Shown here: one piece after another, positions 46,421 to 59,000 of the stretch | How positions within the stretch are numbered: the first letter of the stretch is position 1 | How the letters are laid out: the number at the start of each line of letters is the position of its first letter | Source: Macrostomum lignano | Lineage: Eukaryota | NCBI GenBank assembly: GCA_002269645.1 | Contig: NIVC01001358.1 | Span: 1 to 64,000 of the forward strand | Length of the DNA: 64,000 nt | Direction of reading: 5' to 3' | Translations under genes and position numbers: made by a program | Notes under the pieces: generated by a model | Databases searched by the model: none | What the model was told of the DNA's origin: nothing | The model's input: only the letters and a program-made list of their open reading frames with translations

Positions 46421-47044
46421 GCCTGTGTTGAGCAGTGAGCTCTCTCGGTGCAGCGGCCCGGGGCCAGCTCAGCAGTTCCAGTCGCGTAGTTTTTATCTCC
46501 TATGCCATTTGCGGGTCTTATCTGGGCCACAGTAACTGAGGCCAACGCAACTTTCCTAGTCTCAGGCTCAAGCCGCGAGACCTGTTGGTCAGAGCAGCCA
46601 CATGTGTCTCGTCCCTGTGACCAGTTTACACGGCACAGTATTTAGTAACAGTGCCAAATTGTTGTATTCAAATAATTCTTAGTAAAGTAATATCTCTTTG
46701 CTCAGGAGTTACAGTAAAGCTGGAAACTAAGTTCACCATGTGCAAGGCGACTTATATGAAGCGATAAAAATCATCTTTCCGCATTCATTGGATCTTAGCC
46801 GGATTAGTGATTTATTAGCTTAGCCGAGACAGATTCTCACTCACTCTCCCAGTCGGTGGGGTATTTATAACTCAGTGGGAGTTCACATTGGGGAATCGCA
46901 GCGTGAATGGAAAGCTGTCTTGATAGAGAGAAATGCGTCTTGCATCCCAATGCAGCCACTCAGTCCTGGAAATGCTGGGTCTGCTGGGGAATGAAAGACC
47001 GGAGTGACGGTTTTGGGAAATAAACAGAAGGAAAGCGAGTGACG

Positions 47045-47465
47045 CTGGAGTGTCGCAGAGTGAGGCTGTAGTGTCACATAGTGAGGCTGGAGTGTCACAT
47101 AGTGAGGCTGGAGTGTCGCATAGTGAGGCTGGAGTGTCACAAAGTGAGGCTGGAGTTTCACATAGTGAGGCTGGAGTGTCACAGAGTGAGGCTGGAGTGT
47201 CACAGAGTGAGGCTGGAGTGTCACATAGTGAGGCTGGAGTGTCACAGAGTGAGGCTGGAGTGTCACATAGTGAGGCTGGAGTGTCACAGAGTGAGGCTGG
47301 AGTGCCACAGAGTGAGGCTGGCTGGAGTGTCACAGAGTGAGGCTGGAGTGTCACAGAGTGAGGCTGGAGTGTCACAGAGTGAGGCTGGAGTGTCACAGAG
47401 TGAGGCTGGAGTGTCACAGAGTGAGGCTGGAGTGTCACAGAGTGAGGCTGGAGTGTCACAGAGTG
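47045..47465 (+). repeat. 21-bp minisatellite (GAGTGAGGCTGGAGTGTCACA)n
   Basis: Tandem units. Confidence 0.95.
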
Positions 47466-48435
47466 GGACAGGCAGATTGCCACAGAGCCACTACAGCAAA
47501 GGTGGGTTTAAGTCAGACCAGGCCTTCTCTCTCACTCCTTTAATCCTTGGACCGGATCGTCACGGCGCACTCCAACCAAAGATTCTCTGCACGGAGTCTT
47601 CTGCATACTTAATCATCTTCCAAGCAGTTATTAATCAGCAGTTCGTGCTAATGGTTGAATAATTCCATTCCACCTCCACCCCAAAATGTGCCCCAGCTTC
47701 TGGCCAGGAAGTCGCTGCTCACCCACCCACAGACTGTTTGGTGGGTAATTGCGCTGCACACTGCAAGCCGCCTTGGAATTTACCGCATTGGAATTTGCAG
47801 CTTCTCTCCCCGAGAGAGACTGCAGCAGCATTCCAGCAATGGCGATATTCTTTCAGGCCCATTGTGGACTGAGGGAGGCTGGGAACGATGCGGGATGATG
47901 GACGGGACTATAAATATAAGGTCGCTGCTGCTCACACGGGGGGGGGGGGTAGCGATAATGATGTTGCCGGGAGGAAAGCAGAGGCAAGATTTCACGATGA
48001 AGACTCGATGATTCTGGATGGGAAGAAAGTGCAACAGGAAAAAATGATGGGATGCGAGAGCAGCACTTGTGCGACTGACCTGGGCTGGGCTCGATCTGCG
48101 GACTCCACTTTGTTCTTCTTCCAAGCGTTCTTCTGCCGGCAGCTAGAATTCAGCTTCTTATTATAATTTCTGCGGCAGAGTTTGCTTTCTCTACTGGTCT
48201 CCGCTCTCTCCGCTCTCTCCACAGCGGCAAGTTGGCCCGTGGTTGGCTGCCAAAGCATCTTGGCTCGTAATAAATAAAAAAGATGCGATTCAAAAGTTTG
48301 GATTTATCGAGCATTTAGGAGTCAGAATTTTCAGTTAAAAATAACGCTTTGTACTTTTCGTATTACTTTAATCTGCTACTGGTGCAATTGCTTGTTTGCC
48401 TTTTTACCAGCGCTATTTTACAGCCGAATATTTAG

Positions 48436-48483
48436 GTAGGGTTAGGGTTAGAGTTAGGGTTAGGGTTAGGGTTAGAGTTAGGG
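48436..48483 (+). repeat. Interstitial telomere-type repeat (TTAGGG)x~8 with TTAGAG variants
   Basis: Direct reading. Confidence 0.85.
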
Positions 48484-49264
48484 TTTACAATTCAAAATTT
48501 ACAAATTTATCATCAAGAAAAGAAAAAATTCCAAAACAGCTTCCTAATAGCCTACTTGCAGTAGACAGCGGAAACTATAATGCAGTCGGTAGTTCATTCA
48601 TTACCGTCGCTTGTTAATTTAGTAAAGTTAATTTTTTCCGTCGGCGATACTTATAAATTGAAGTTATATCCGATCCAGCCTACTTACAGTATGTTAGGTG
48701 GGTTTTGCACCTATATTCCCGACAATTTGAATTGCAGATTTATAAGTTTTGAAAAAAATGACTGCAGACTGTACAAGTTTTGGACAAGTGCCCCGTCCCT
48801 GCACCCAAGGATTTCACGAACTTATTTCTCTGCATCATGCAGCTTCTCTGTGAGAGTGGTGGTATCTCAGTGGGATCTCGATAAGCAGAGGCATCCCCAT
48901 TAGCTTCTCACGGACTGGCCATTGTCTCCAGACAAAGCAAACATGTGCTGCAGCGACTACTGCTTTATTCCAACGTTTTCTTTCGCATTCACATTTTTGC
49001 CAAAGCAGAGACACCGGGATGTCAGTTTTGTTTTTTTTCTGTCAGCACCGCCTGTGATTGGCTGCGTTGCCCCAGCCCAACGGGATCGGGGCTGGCGGAA
49101 TGCGTGAAGCTGCAATCTGCGTGTGCTTTTTAAATAAGCTTTCAACACATTTGAGACCACTTATCAGATGTTTGACTGGCCGCGGGCAGCCTGCAGACAT
49201 GATCCCAAATGCTCTGATCATCTGGTGAGTTCAACCAGTAAGCTGCCAAATTGGCTACTGCAAC

Positions 49265-50820
49265 TGGCGCCCCTGAGACACAATACTGGCGCCCCCTGAG
49301 ACACAATACTGGCGCCCCCTAAGACACAATACTGGCGCCCCCTGAGACACAATACTGGCGCCCTCTGAGACACAATACTAGCGCCCCCTGAGACACAATA
49401 CTGGCGCCCCCTGAGACACAATTACTGGCGCCCCCTGAGACACAATACTGGCGCCCTCTGAGACAAAATACTGGCGCCCCCTGAGACACAATACTGGCGC
49501 CCCCTGAGACACAATACTGGCGCCCCCTGAGACACAATACTGGCGCCCCTGAGACACAATACTGGCGCCCCTGAGACACAATACTGGCGCCCCCTGAGAC
49601 ACAATACTGGCGCCCTCTGAGACACAATACTAGCGCCCCCTGAGACACAATACTGGCGCCCCTGAGACACAATACTGGCGCCCCTAAGACACAATACTGG
49701 CGCCCCCTGAGACACAATACTGGCGCCCCCTGAGACACAATACTGGCGCCCTCTGAGACACAATACTAGCGCCCCCTGAGACACAATACTGGCGCCCCTG
49801 AGACACAATACTGGCGCCCCTGAGACACAATACTGGCGCCCTCTGAGACAAAATACTGGCGCCCCCTGAGACACAATACTGGCGCCCCCTGAGACACAAT
49901 ACTGGCGCCCCCTGAGACACAATACTGGCGCCCCCTGAGACACAATTACTGGCGCCCCCTGAGACACAATACTGGCGCCCTCTGAGACAAAATACTGGCG
50001 CCCCCTGAGACACAATACTGGCGCCCCCTGAGACACAATACTGGCGCCCCCTGAGACACAATACTGGCGCCCCCTAAGACACAATACTGGCGCCCCCTGA
50101 GACACAATACTGGCGCCCCTGAGACACAATACTGGCGCCCTCTGAGACACAATACTAGCGCCCCCTGAGACACAATACTGGCGCCCCTGAGACACAATAC
50201 TGGCGCCCCTGAGACACAATACTGGCGCCCTCTGAGACAAAATACTGGCGCCCCCTGAGACACAATACTGGCGCCCCCTGAGACACAATACTGGCGCCCC
50301 CTGAGACACAATACTGGCGCCCCTGAGACACAATACTGGCGCCCCTGAGACACAATACTGGCGCCCCTGAGACACAATATCGGCGCCCCTTTAAGACACA
50401 ATATCGCTGCCCTTAGGACACAATATCGGTGCCCTTAAGACACAATATCGGTGCCTTTAAGACACAATACCGGCGCCCCTTTAAGACACAATACCGGCGC
50501 CCCTTTAAGACACAATATCGGTGCCCCTTTAAGACACAATATCGGTGCCCCTTTAAGACACAATATCGGTGCCCCTTTAAGACACAGTATCGGTGCCCTT
50601 AAGACACAATATCGGTGCCCCTTTAAGACACAATATCGGTGCCCCTTTAAGACACAATATCGGTGCCCCTTTAAGACACAATATCGGTGCCCCTTTAAGA
50701 CACAATATCGGTGCCCCTTTAAGACACAATATCGGTGCCCCTTTAAGACACAATATCGGTGCCCCTTTAAGACACAATATCGGTGCCCCTTTAAGACACA
50801 GTATCGGTGCCCTTAAGACA
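49265..50820 (+). repeat. 22-24-bp minisatellite: CTGGCGCCCCCTGAGACACAATA grading into TCGGTGCCCCTTTAAGACACAATA
   Basis: Tandem units; switch near 50380. Confidence 0.96.
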
Positions 50821-51669
50821 CTAAGGCAATCGGACAATATTGGCAGTTCTCAGACACTTCAGCACAACAAAACACGTCATGAAAACAAATTTCTCACTCC
50901 AAACGCTTTAGAAATGCAGGGCGCCATTTTAGAGCTACAAATACGCATATTGCCCTTCCCTACTCAAAGTACCCGGGAACAATAGCTGCAGCGAGCCCGC
51001 TGCTGTAGGCTTCTGTTCCCAGGAAATGCTCCAAAAGAACGGCAAAGCAGCCAGGAGGAGGAGGAGGCTGGTTGGGGTGGTGATTGGCGCGCTCGAGAGC
51101 GGAACGCGCGAACGCAGAGCAGCATTTCTGCATCCAAAGAGATGCAGGTAGGAAAGAGATAATATCTTGCCCAAAAACACCCAACTGTCTAGCAGTCAGG
51201 TGTTCCGACAGGTGACGGCAAAAGACAGACTAGCAACAACTAAGTATAGACGCTTTCACCTGTGAATTTTCTTCTTTAATACTGGCAGTCATTTCAAGCA
51301 ACAGTGCGACAGTTTGAAACTGCTTCGATATCCGTTCTGCAGCATCCAAGCTCTCTTCATCACAAAGTCAGAGTAGAAAGCTGTCAGCCATTTTCCAATA
51401 TATTCCCAACTGGGGATTTCGGTCATGCTGTTGGACTTGTCTGTTCCGCCAAACCAACTGGGGATTTTCAATAGTTTCCAGATACTGAGCGAGTGGGAGC
51501 TGGGATCAGCAGTGGGACCCAGCGGCGCCCATTGGATCGGGTTCTCCCTGCTACGGTCTTCCTACTTTTCAACTTTCTGGCCAATTTGCACAGTGCAGCT
51601 TAATTTCGGTCCTGAACTTGGCTTGTCTGTTCCGTCGGTACACAGCGATTCAATATATCATATAAACAT

Positions 51670-52110
51670 TCTGTTCCTTTATCCGTGATGTTGCTTAGAT
51701 TAGCAATCCAATCTGTTCCTTTATCCGTGATGTTGGCTAGATTAGCAATCCAATCTGTTCCTTTATCCGTGATGTTGGCTAGATTAGCAATCCAATCTGT
51801 TCCTTCATCCGTGATGCTGGCTAGATTAGCAATCCATTCTGTTCCTTCATCCGTGTTGTTGGTTAGATTAGCAATCCATTCTAATGGTTCATCAGTGATG
51901 TTGGCTAGATTAGCAATCCATTTTTGGTTCATCCGTGATGTTGCTTAGATCAGCAATCCATTCTATTCCTTCATCAGTAATGTTGGCTAGATTAGCAATC
52001 CATTCTGTTCCTTCATCCGTGATGTTGGTTAGATTAGCAATCCAATCTGTTCCTTCATCCGTGATGTTGGCTAGATTAGCAATCCATTCTATTCCTTTAT
52101 CCGTGATGTA
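51670..52110 (+). repeat. 42-bp minisatellite (CCGTGATGTTGGCTAGATTAGCAATCCAWTCTGTTCCTTYAT)x~10
   Basis: Tandem units. Confidence 0.93.
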
Positions 52111-53028
52111 AGGTACAAGGTCGTGCATCTTTAGCAACTCTGGTCAATTATTGACTTCAGTAATTCCTTATCAATCTCGCACATATTTCAAGCTTTGGTA
52201 CATCACTACCCAGCACACGCACGGAGTGCACAGCGGTAAGCACACTCGTGACCGTGGCTATTAACTTAAATCCTCGCCTCATATTAACCTTCCATTAATT
52301 GATGCAGCAAGACTGGAACGGAGGCAGGGGACTGCAACAGGCCAACATTATCGAGAGCTAAAATAGTGTGAGGTATTTATGAAACTGAGGATATCATAAC
52401 TCGGCGAAAGAAACCGAATGAGAGAAATACAGAAGAAGAGGGGGAGGCGGCAGTTTCTGTTGTTTCAAGCCGGGCTTCTCCGCCAGCTGGGATTTGTCGG
52501 GAAAATTCGCGGTGGGAAATTTTGCAAGCGGTGCCGAGACCCAGATCCCCCCGATCCCCCAGATCCCCCAGATCCCCTAGATCTCAGCTAGACCCCCACC
52601 CCCGCTTTGGGGAATCGTATTTTCCCTTTCGCACTTTTTCTTCCCCTCCTCATCCTCCATCTTCAGTAATTTCTATAAGATCAACCTTTCCCAGAGGACT
52701 TACAGTTTTGGGATGTTTCAGATCCATACCGGCCCAACACCTGTCTGCTAGGACACTGTGCCTGCTCAAAGCGAAATTCTAACTCACTTTCTCACCTGCA
52801 TCCAATCATCTCTGATGGGTGATTTTTTGGGACTCTCGGGACTTTTGGGGGGGGTGGATTCCAAGAAACTGCGGTGACGCTCAAGTAATGAGTCAGTGGT
52901 GCCCGCTGTAGTTGATAAGAAATTTAGGATATCTAGTACTAGATGTACTCTATGCTGAATAGATCACTGAATCACTGAAATCACTGAATCGCCAAACCCG
53001 CTCACTGTTTAGTGGCATCTTATTTTCG

Positions 53029-56000
53029 ATGCGGGCAGTCGCCTCTCCTCCCGTCGGTGGCCCAGCTGACAGCGGCGGCGGCGGCGGTGGTGGAGGAGGA
53101 GGAGGAGGAGGTGCCGAAGAAGGTCGGTTTTTCGCGCCAGCGGCGCCCAGCAACAACACGGTGAAGCTGGTGCGCATCACGGACGTGCTCAACCACATGC
53201 TGAGCAGCAGCCGCTACGACAGCAACCTGCGGCCTGGCCTGGACATCAGAGAGAACAATGTCACCGGGGAGAAGGAGGTGGTCGGTGAGTCACTTCGGGG
53301 ATGACAATGACTGATTGATGATCAGCTGTGATTGAATTGGTGACTGATTGATGATCAGCTGTGATTGAATTGATGACTGATTGATGATCAGCTGTGATTG
53401 AATTGGTGATTGATTGATGATCAGCTGTGATTGAATTGGTGATTGATTGATGATCAGCTGTGATTGAATTGGTGACTGATTGATGATCAGCTGTGATTGA
53501 ATTGGTGACTGATTGATGATCAGCTGTGATTGAATTGGTGACTGATTGATGATCAGCTGTGATTGAATTGGTGATTGATTGATGATCAGCTGTGATTGAA
53601 TTGGTGATTGATTGATGATCAGCTGTGATTGAATTGGTGACTGATTGATGATCAGCTGTGATTGAATTGGTGACTGATTGATGATCAGCTGTGATTGAAT
53701 TGGTGACTGATTGATGATCAGCTGTGATTGAATTGGTGACTGATTGATGATCAGCTGTGATTGAATTGGTGATTGATTGATGATCAGCTGTGATTGAATT
53801 GGTGACTGATTGATGATCAGCTGTGATTGAATTGGTGATTGATTGATGATCAGCTGTGATTGAATTGGTGACTGATTGATGATCAGCTGTGATTGAATTG
53901 GTGATTGATTGATGATCAGCTGTGATTGAATTGGTGATTGATTGATGATCAGCTGTGATTGAATTGATTACTGATTCGTGATTGGCTGTGATTTAATCAA
54001 TGATTTAATTATGAAATATGAATATCAGTAAACTGATTAGGGATTGCGGTCACCAAATCCTTGCTGCCCCCAATCAGCTGAAATCGCATTCCGTCAGCTC
54101 ATCAAACCTATCAAAAGAACAAAAGGCATGGCAATTCCCCTAATTGGCGCATTGTTCAAACCGACAATATGAGTCAGCGCGCACCGTCCCCAGATTAAAG
54201 GATTTTGGGAGATGTGACCAAGCTAAATAATTATCGTGATTGAGTTTTGGTTCGTCAGTAAGGTTTGCGTGACATCTCGACAAGCCGTCCGCAGTCCCAA
54301 GAGTAGCTGAGGAGGTCAGTGCAGCAGATTGAGCTATTGGAATCGCAGAGAACGGCTGCACCTAGATGAAGCTCACTTTGTCAGCCGGCAGTCACTTCAG
54401 AAAAATGCCTATGAGAACAATGCTCCTTGTTTCGTGGAAAACACTTTCTCACAAAGTGCGAAAGGACCAAAAGTTCACAGATTGGGAGACTTTGAGACCA
54501 GCTAATGATAAAGGATATCTGTACTCTAGCACAGGGATATCTGTACTCTAGCACAGGGATATCTGTACTCTAGCACAGGGATATCTGTACTCTAGCACAG
54601 GGATATCTGTACTCTAGCACAGGGATATCTGTACTCTAGCACAGGGATATCTGTACTCTAGCACAGGGATATCTGTACTCTAGCACAGGGATATCTGTAC
54701 ACTAGCACAGGGATATCTGTACACTAGCACAGGGATATCTGTACACTAACACAGGGATATCTGTACACTAGCACAGGGATATCTGTACACTAACAAAGGG
54801 ATATCTGTACACTAGCACAGGGATATCTGTACACTAGCACAGGGATATCTGTACACTAGCACAGGGATATCTGTACACTAGCACAGGGATATCTGTACAC
54901 TAGCACAGGGATATCTGTACACTAGCACAGGGATATCTGTACACTAACGCAGGGATATCTGTACACTAGCACCAATATTTATATCCCTATTTAGCTCGCA
55001 TCAGCTGAGTCCCAATGCAATAAGCTGGTACCACTCATCCTTTATTCACACACAAAGCTATTTAAGAAGCAATAACTGATCACTCGTGCTTAGGAATTAA
55101 TGACTCTGTATTGGCTTCCAGACTTCCTACTCGTAGGAATTTCTCTCAGAGATTTCAAACGGACTTTCGACAAAAAATGTGAGCTTAGAAAAATATGCCT
55201 GATTAGCAGCAAAGAAAATCGAAAGAAGAGTCAGTGAAAGAAGAGAGATAGTAGGGAAGGGAGAACTGGAAAGATATAGGAGGGAGACGGAGAGATGGAA
55301 GAGGGGAGATGGGAGAGGGGGGAGAGGGGGAGATGGGAGAAGGAGAGATTCTTCTCCCATGGTGGGAGAGGAGTGAAAAAGGGGAAACGGAGAAGGGAGA
55401 TGGAGAAGGTGGAAGAAAGAGAGAAGGAGAGCCAGCATCATCAAGTGAATAAGCAGAGACTCCGTGAAACTGAAAAAAGCTCACAGCAAATCATATATTA
55501 TTATCAAATATGAATAGGTGCTCAGCAGCGGCTCAATGCTCAATGCATCCTAATTATAGCGGTAGCCGCCAAATCCCACTCAGATCACTCCCCAGCCGCG
55601 GTGAGGTGGTGCACCCTTCCGGAGCTTAGCAATCGAGCTGCTTGGGACGACTTTTTCCGGTTCTGGGAAAAGCTCTGGCAGAAATTCCTCAGTCGAGGGG
55701 GGGTGTTGGGGATAAATTCTTCATCAAGTGCGCTTCGAAGGGAAGCTGGTCAGGGATTAGCATATCTGATTATGATGATGACCAAGTCTGCAGCGTAATC
55801 CTGCCCGAGGCTCCCACATGCAACATGTCTGCCTTCCACTCCCCCCGGCAGCTGCTAGCGGCCCAAGAGAGGGAAGGAGGGGTGGGGAGAATTTATTGGC
55901 TGATGGTGCAAATTTGTTTGGCAACACTCCCTGCTGGCAGTTGCTGGCAGGGGGGGGGGCAGCAGTTATTGACGGACTGTCAGTTGCAATATTGCACGGC

Positions 56001-59000
56001 TAGGCGGAAACTTGAAGTTTGCGAGCCTTACTGTGGGGTGTGAGACTGCCTGCTCGGGGTAGCTGACTTGGAGAAGTAGTGCGAAAATTATGGATGCGGG
56101 CTATACAATATTATCATTGCATGTTGATGCGTCAGATATCAGATGGTGTCTGTCAGACCATAGGTATCAGACGGTGGGTGTCAGATGTCAGATGGTGTCT
56201 GTCAGACCATAGATGTCAGACGGTAGATGATGTCTGTCAAACCGTAGATGTCAGACGGTAGATGTTAGATTCAGATCAGATGGTAGATGTCAGATGGTGT
56301 TTATCAGACCATAGATGTCAGACGGTAGATGTCAGAAGGTAGATGTCAGAAGGTAGATTTCAGATGTCAGATGGTAGATGTGAGATAGTAGATGTCAGTG
56401 AGTAGATTGTACATGTAGATGTCAGAAGGTAGATTTCAGGTATCAGATGGTAGATGTGAGATAGTAGATGTCAGTGAGTAGATTGTGCATGTAGATGCCG
56501 GGTGGTAGATTGTAGATGTCAGATGATGTTTGTCAGACCGTAGATGTGAGGTGGTAGATAGTAGATGTCAGGTGGTAGATTGTAAATGTCAGATGATGTT
56601 TGTCAGACCGTAGATGTGAGGTGGTAGATAGTAGATGTCAGGTGGTAGATTGTAAATGTCAGATGGTGTTTGTCAGACCGTAGATGTGAGGTGGTAGATA
56701 GTAGATGTCAGGTGGTAGATTGTAGATGTCAGATGATGTTTGTCAGACCGTAGATGTGAGGTGGTAGATAGTAGATGTCAGGTGGTAGATTGTAAATGTC
56801 AGATGATGTTTGTCAGACCGTAGATGTCAGGTGGTAGATAGTAGATGTCAGGTGATAGATTTTAGATGTCAGATGATGTTTGTCAGACCGTAGATGTGAG
56901 GTGGTAGATAGTAGATGTCAGGTGGTAGATAGTAGATGTCAGGTGGTAGATAGTAGATGTCAGATGGTAGATAGTAGATGTCAGGTGGTAGATAGTAGAT
57001 GTCAGGTGGTAGATAGTAGATGTCAGGTGGTAGATAGTAGATGTCAGGTGGTAGATAGTAGATGTCAGGTGGTAGATGAAAAGTTGTCTGTGACAGGGCG
57101 CAGAGGTCTTTGTCGCGGAGGCATATTAAGACATAAACAGCATTTTAGGTAAACAATGTCAGCGGCTTTGCAACCCGACCTGACTGCCGAAAATGCGACG
57201 CAAAAGCAGCAATAGATAAATGCAATAAAATCTGCGTGGATTCTTGCTGCGCGAAAGCACTTTTCCTCTCAATTTTATCTGGCGCGATAAGACCGCGCTG
57301 GCACCCAATGCATTCAATTCGGTCCATTCATAATTTAATGGTGGAAAAAACTGCCAACGGGCAAAATGCCCCATAGATAGGGGGCCCCAGAGACAGGGGA
57401 AAACAAGTGCACTTGTTTCGGGCTCGTCTGCCACCGCCCGGCGCCGCCGCCAGCCCATGGGCGCGGCATCGGACGCAGCACGCAAATTGAGCGAAACGAA
57501 AGAAGAGCCAGAACCAGAAGGTCAGCGGGCGCTGCGGTAGGGAGCGGCAGGAGCCCCTGAGTGCCTTTTCTTCGCCAAAATAGACTGGGCAAAGGGGGAA
57601 ATGGGAGGAGAGAGAGAGAGTGGGAGCATGAGTGAGAGGCCGAGGTCGAGCAACGGGAAATCCGGAAGAAGGCAGTCGAGAAGGGAGGAGAAGGCGGCGC
57701 GGAGAGCTAAAAGAAGATTGAGAGCTGCTTTGGATTGCTGCATTTTGAAAAAAAGTCAATCACACAACGGGGGGCTCGGGTCACGCTCGGTTGTCGGTTC
57801 TGTGTTGGTCGATTTTGTGTTGGTCAGGGATTTCGCTGCTGGCTGCTGAGAAGCTTCCATTCGGACACTGAACTGCTCTCAGAGCTTCTCTGCGTCAGGC
57901 TGCTTTTAGCTGGCTGAGGTGGCTGAGGTGGCTGAGGTAGATGAGGTGGCTGAGGTAGATGAGGTGGCTGAGGTAGATGAGGTGGCTGAGGTAGATGAGG
58001 TGGCTGAGGTAGATGAGGTGGCTGAGGTAGATGAGGTGGCTGAGGTGGCTGAGGTAGATGAGGTGGCTGAGGTAGATGAGGTGGCTGAGGTAGATGAGGT
58101 GGCTAAGGTAGATGAGGTGGCTGAGGTAGATGAGGTGGCTGCGGTAGATGAGGTGGCTGCGGTAGATGAGGTGGCTGAGGTGGCTGAGGTGGCTGAGGTA
58201 GATGAGGTGGCTGAGGTAGATGCAGTACCTGAGGTAGATGAGGTGGCTTAGGTAGATGAGGTGGCTGCGGTAGATGAGGTGGCTGAGGTAGATGAGGTGG
58301 CTGAGGTGGCTGAGGTGGCTGAGGTAGATGAGGTGGCTCAGGTGGCTGAGGTGGCTGAGGTAGATGAGGTGGCTGAGGTGGCTGAGGTGGCTGAGGTAGA
58401 TGAGGTGGCTGAGGTAGATGAGGTGGCTGAGGTGGCTGAGGTGGCTGAGGTAGATGAGGTGGCTGAGGTAGATGAGGTGGCGGCGGTAGATGAGGTGGCT
58501 GAGGTAGATGCAGTACCTGAGGTAGATGCATTACCTGAGGTAGATGCAGTACCTGAGGTAGCTGCAGTACCTGAGGTAGCTGCAGTACCTTAGGTAGCTG
58601 CAGTACCTGAGGTAGATGCAGTACCTGAGGTAGATGCAGTACCTGAGGTAGATGCAGTACCTGAGGTAGATGCAGTACCTGAGGTAGATGCAGTACCTGA
58701 GGTAGATGCAGTACCTGAGGTAGATGCAGTACCTGAGGTAGATGCAGTACCTGAGGTAGATGCAGTACCTGAGGTAGATGCAGTACCTGAGGTAGATGCA
58801 GTACCTGAGGTAGATGCAGTACCTGAGGTAGATGCAGTACCTGAGGTAGATGCAGTACCTGAGGTAGATGCAGTACCTGAGGTAGATGCAGTACCTGAGG
58901 TAGATGCAGTACCTGAGGTAGATGCAGTACCTGAGGTAGATGCAGTACCTGAGGTAGATGCAGTACCTGAGGTAGATGCAGTACCTGAGGTAGATGCAGT

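Noticed and set aside
47780-51480. Possible small minus-strand gene fragments (about 47990-48260, 50960-51150, 51260-51400)
   Set aside because: Isolated exon-like stretches with no recognisable homology and no consistent chain.
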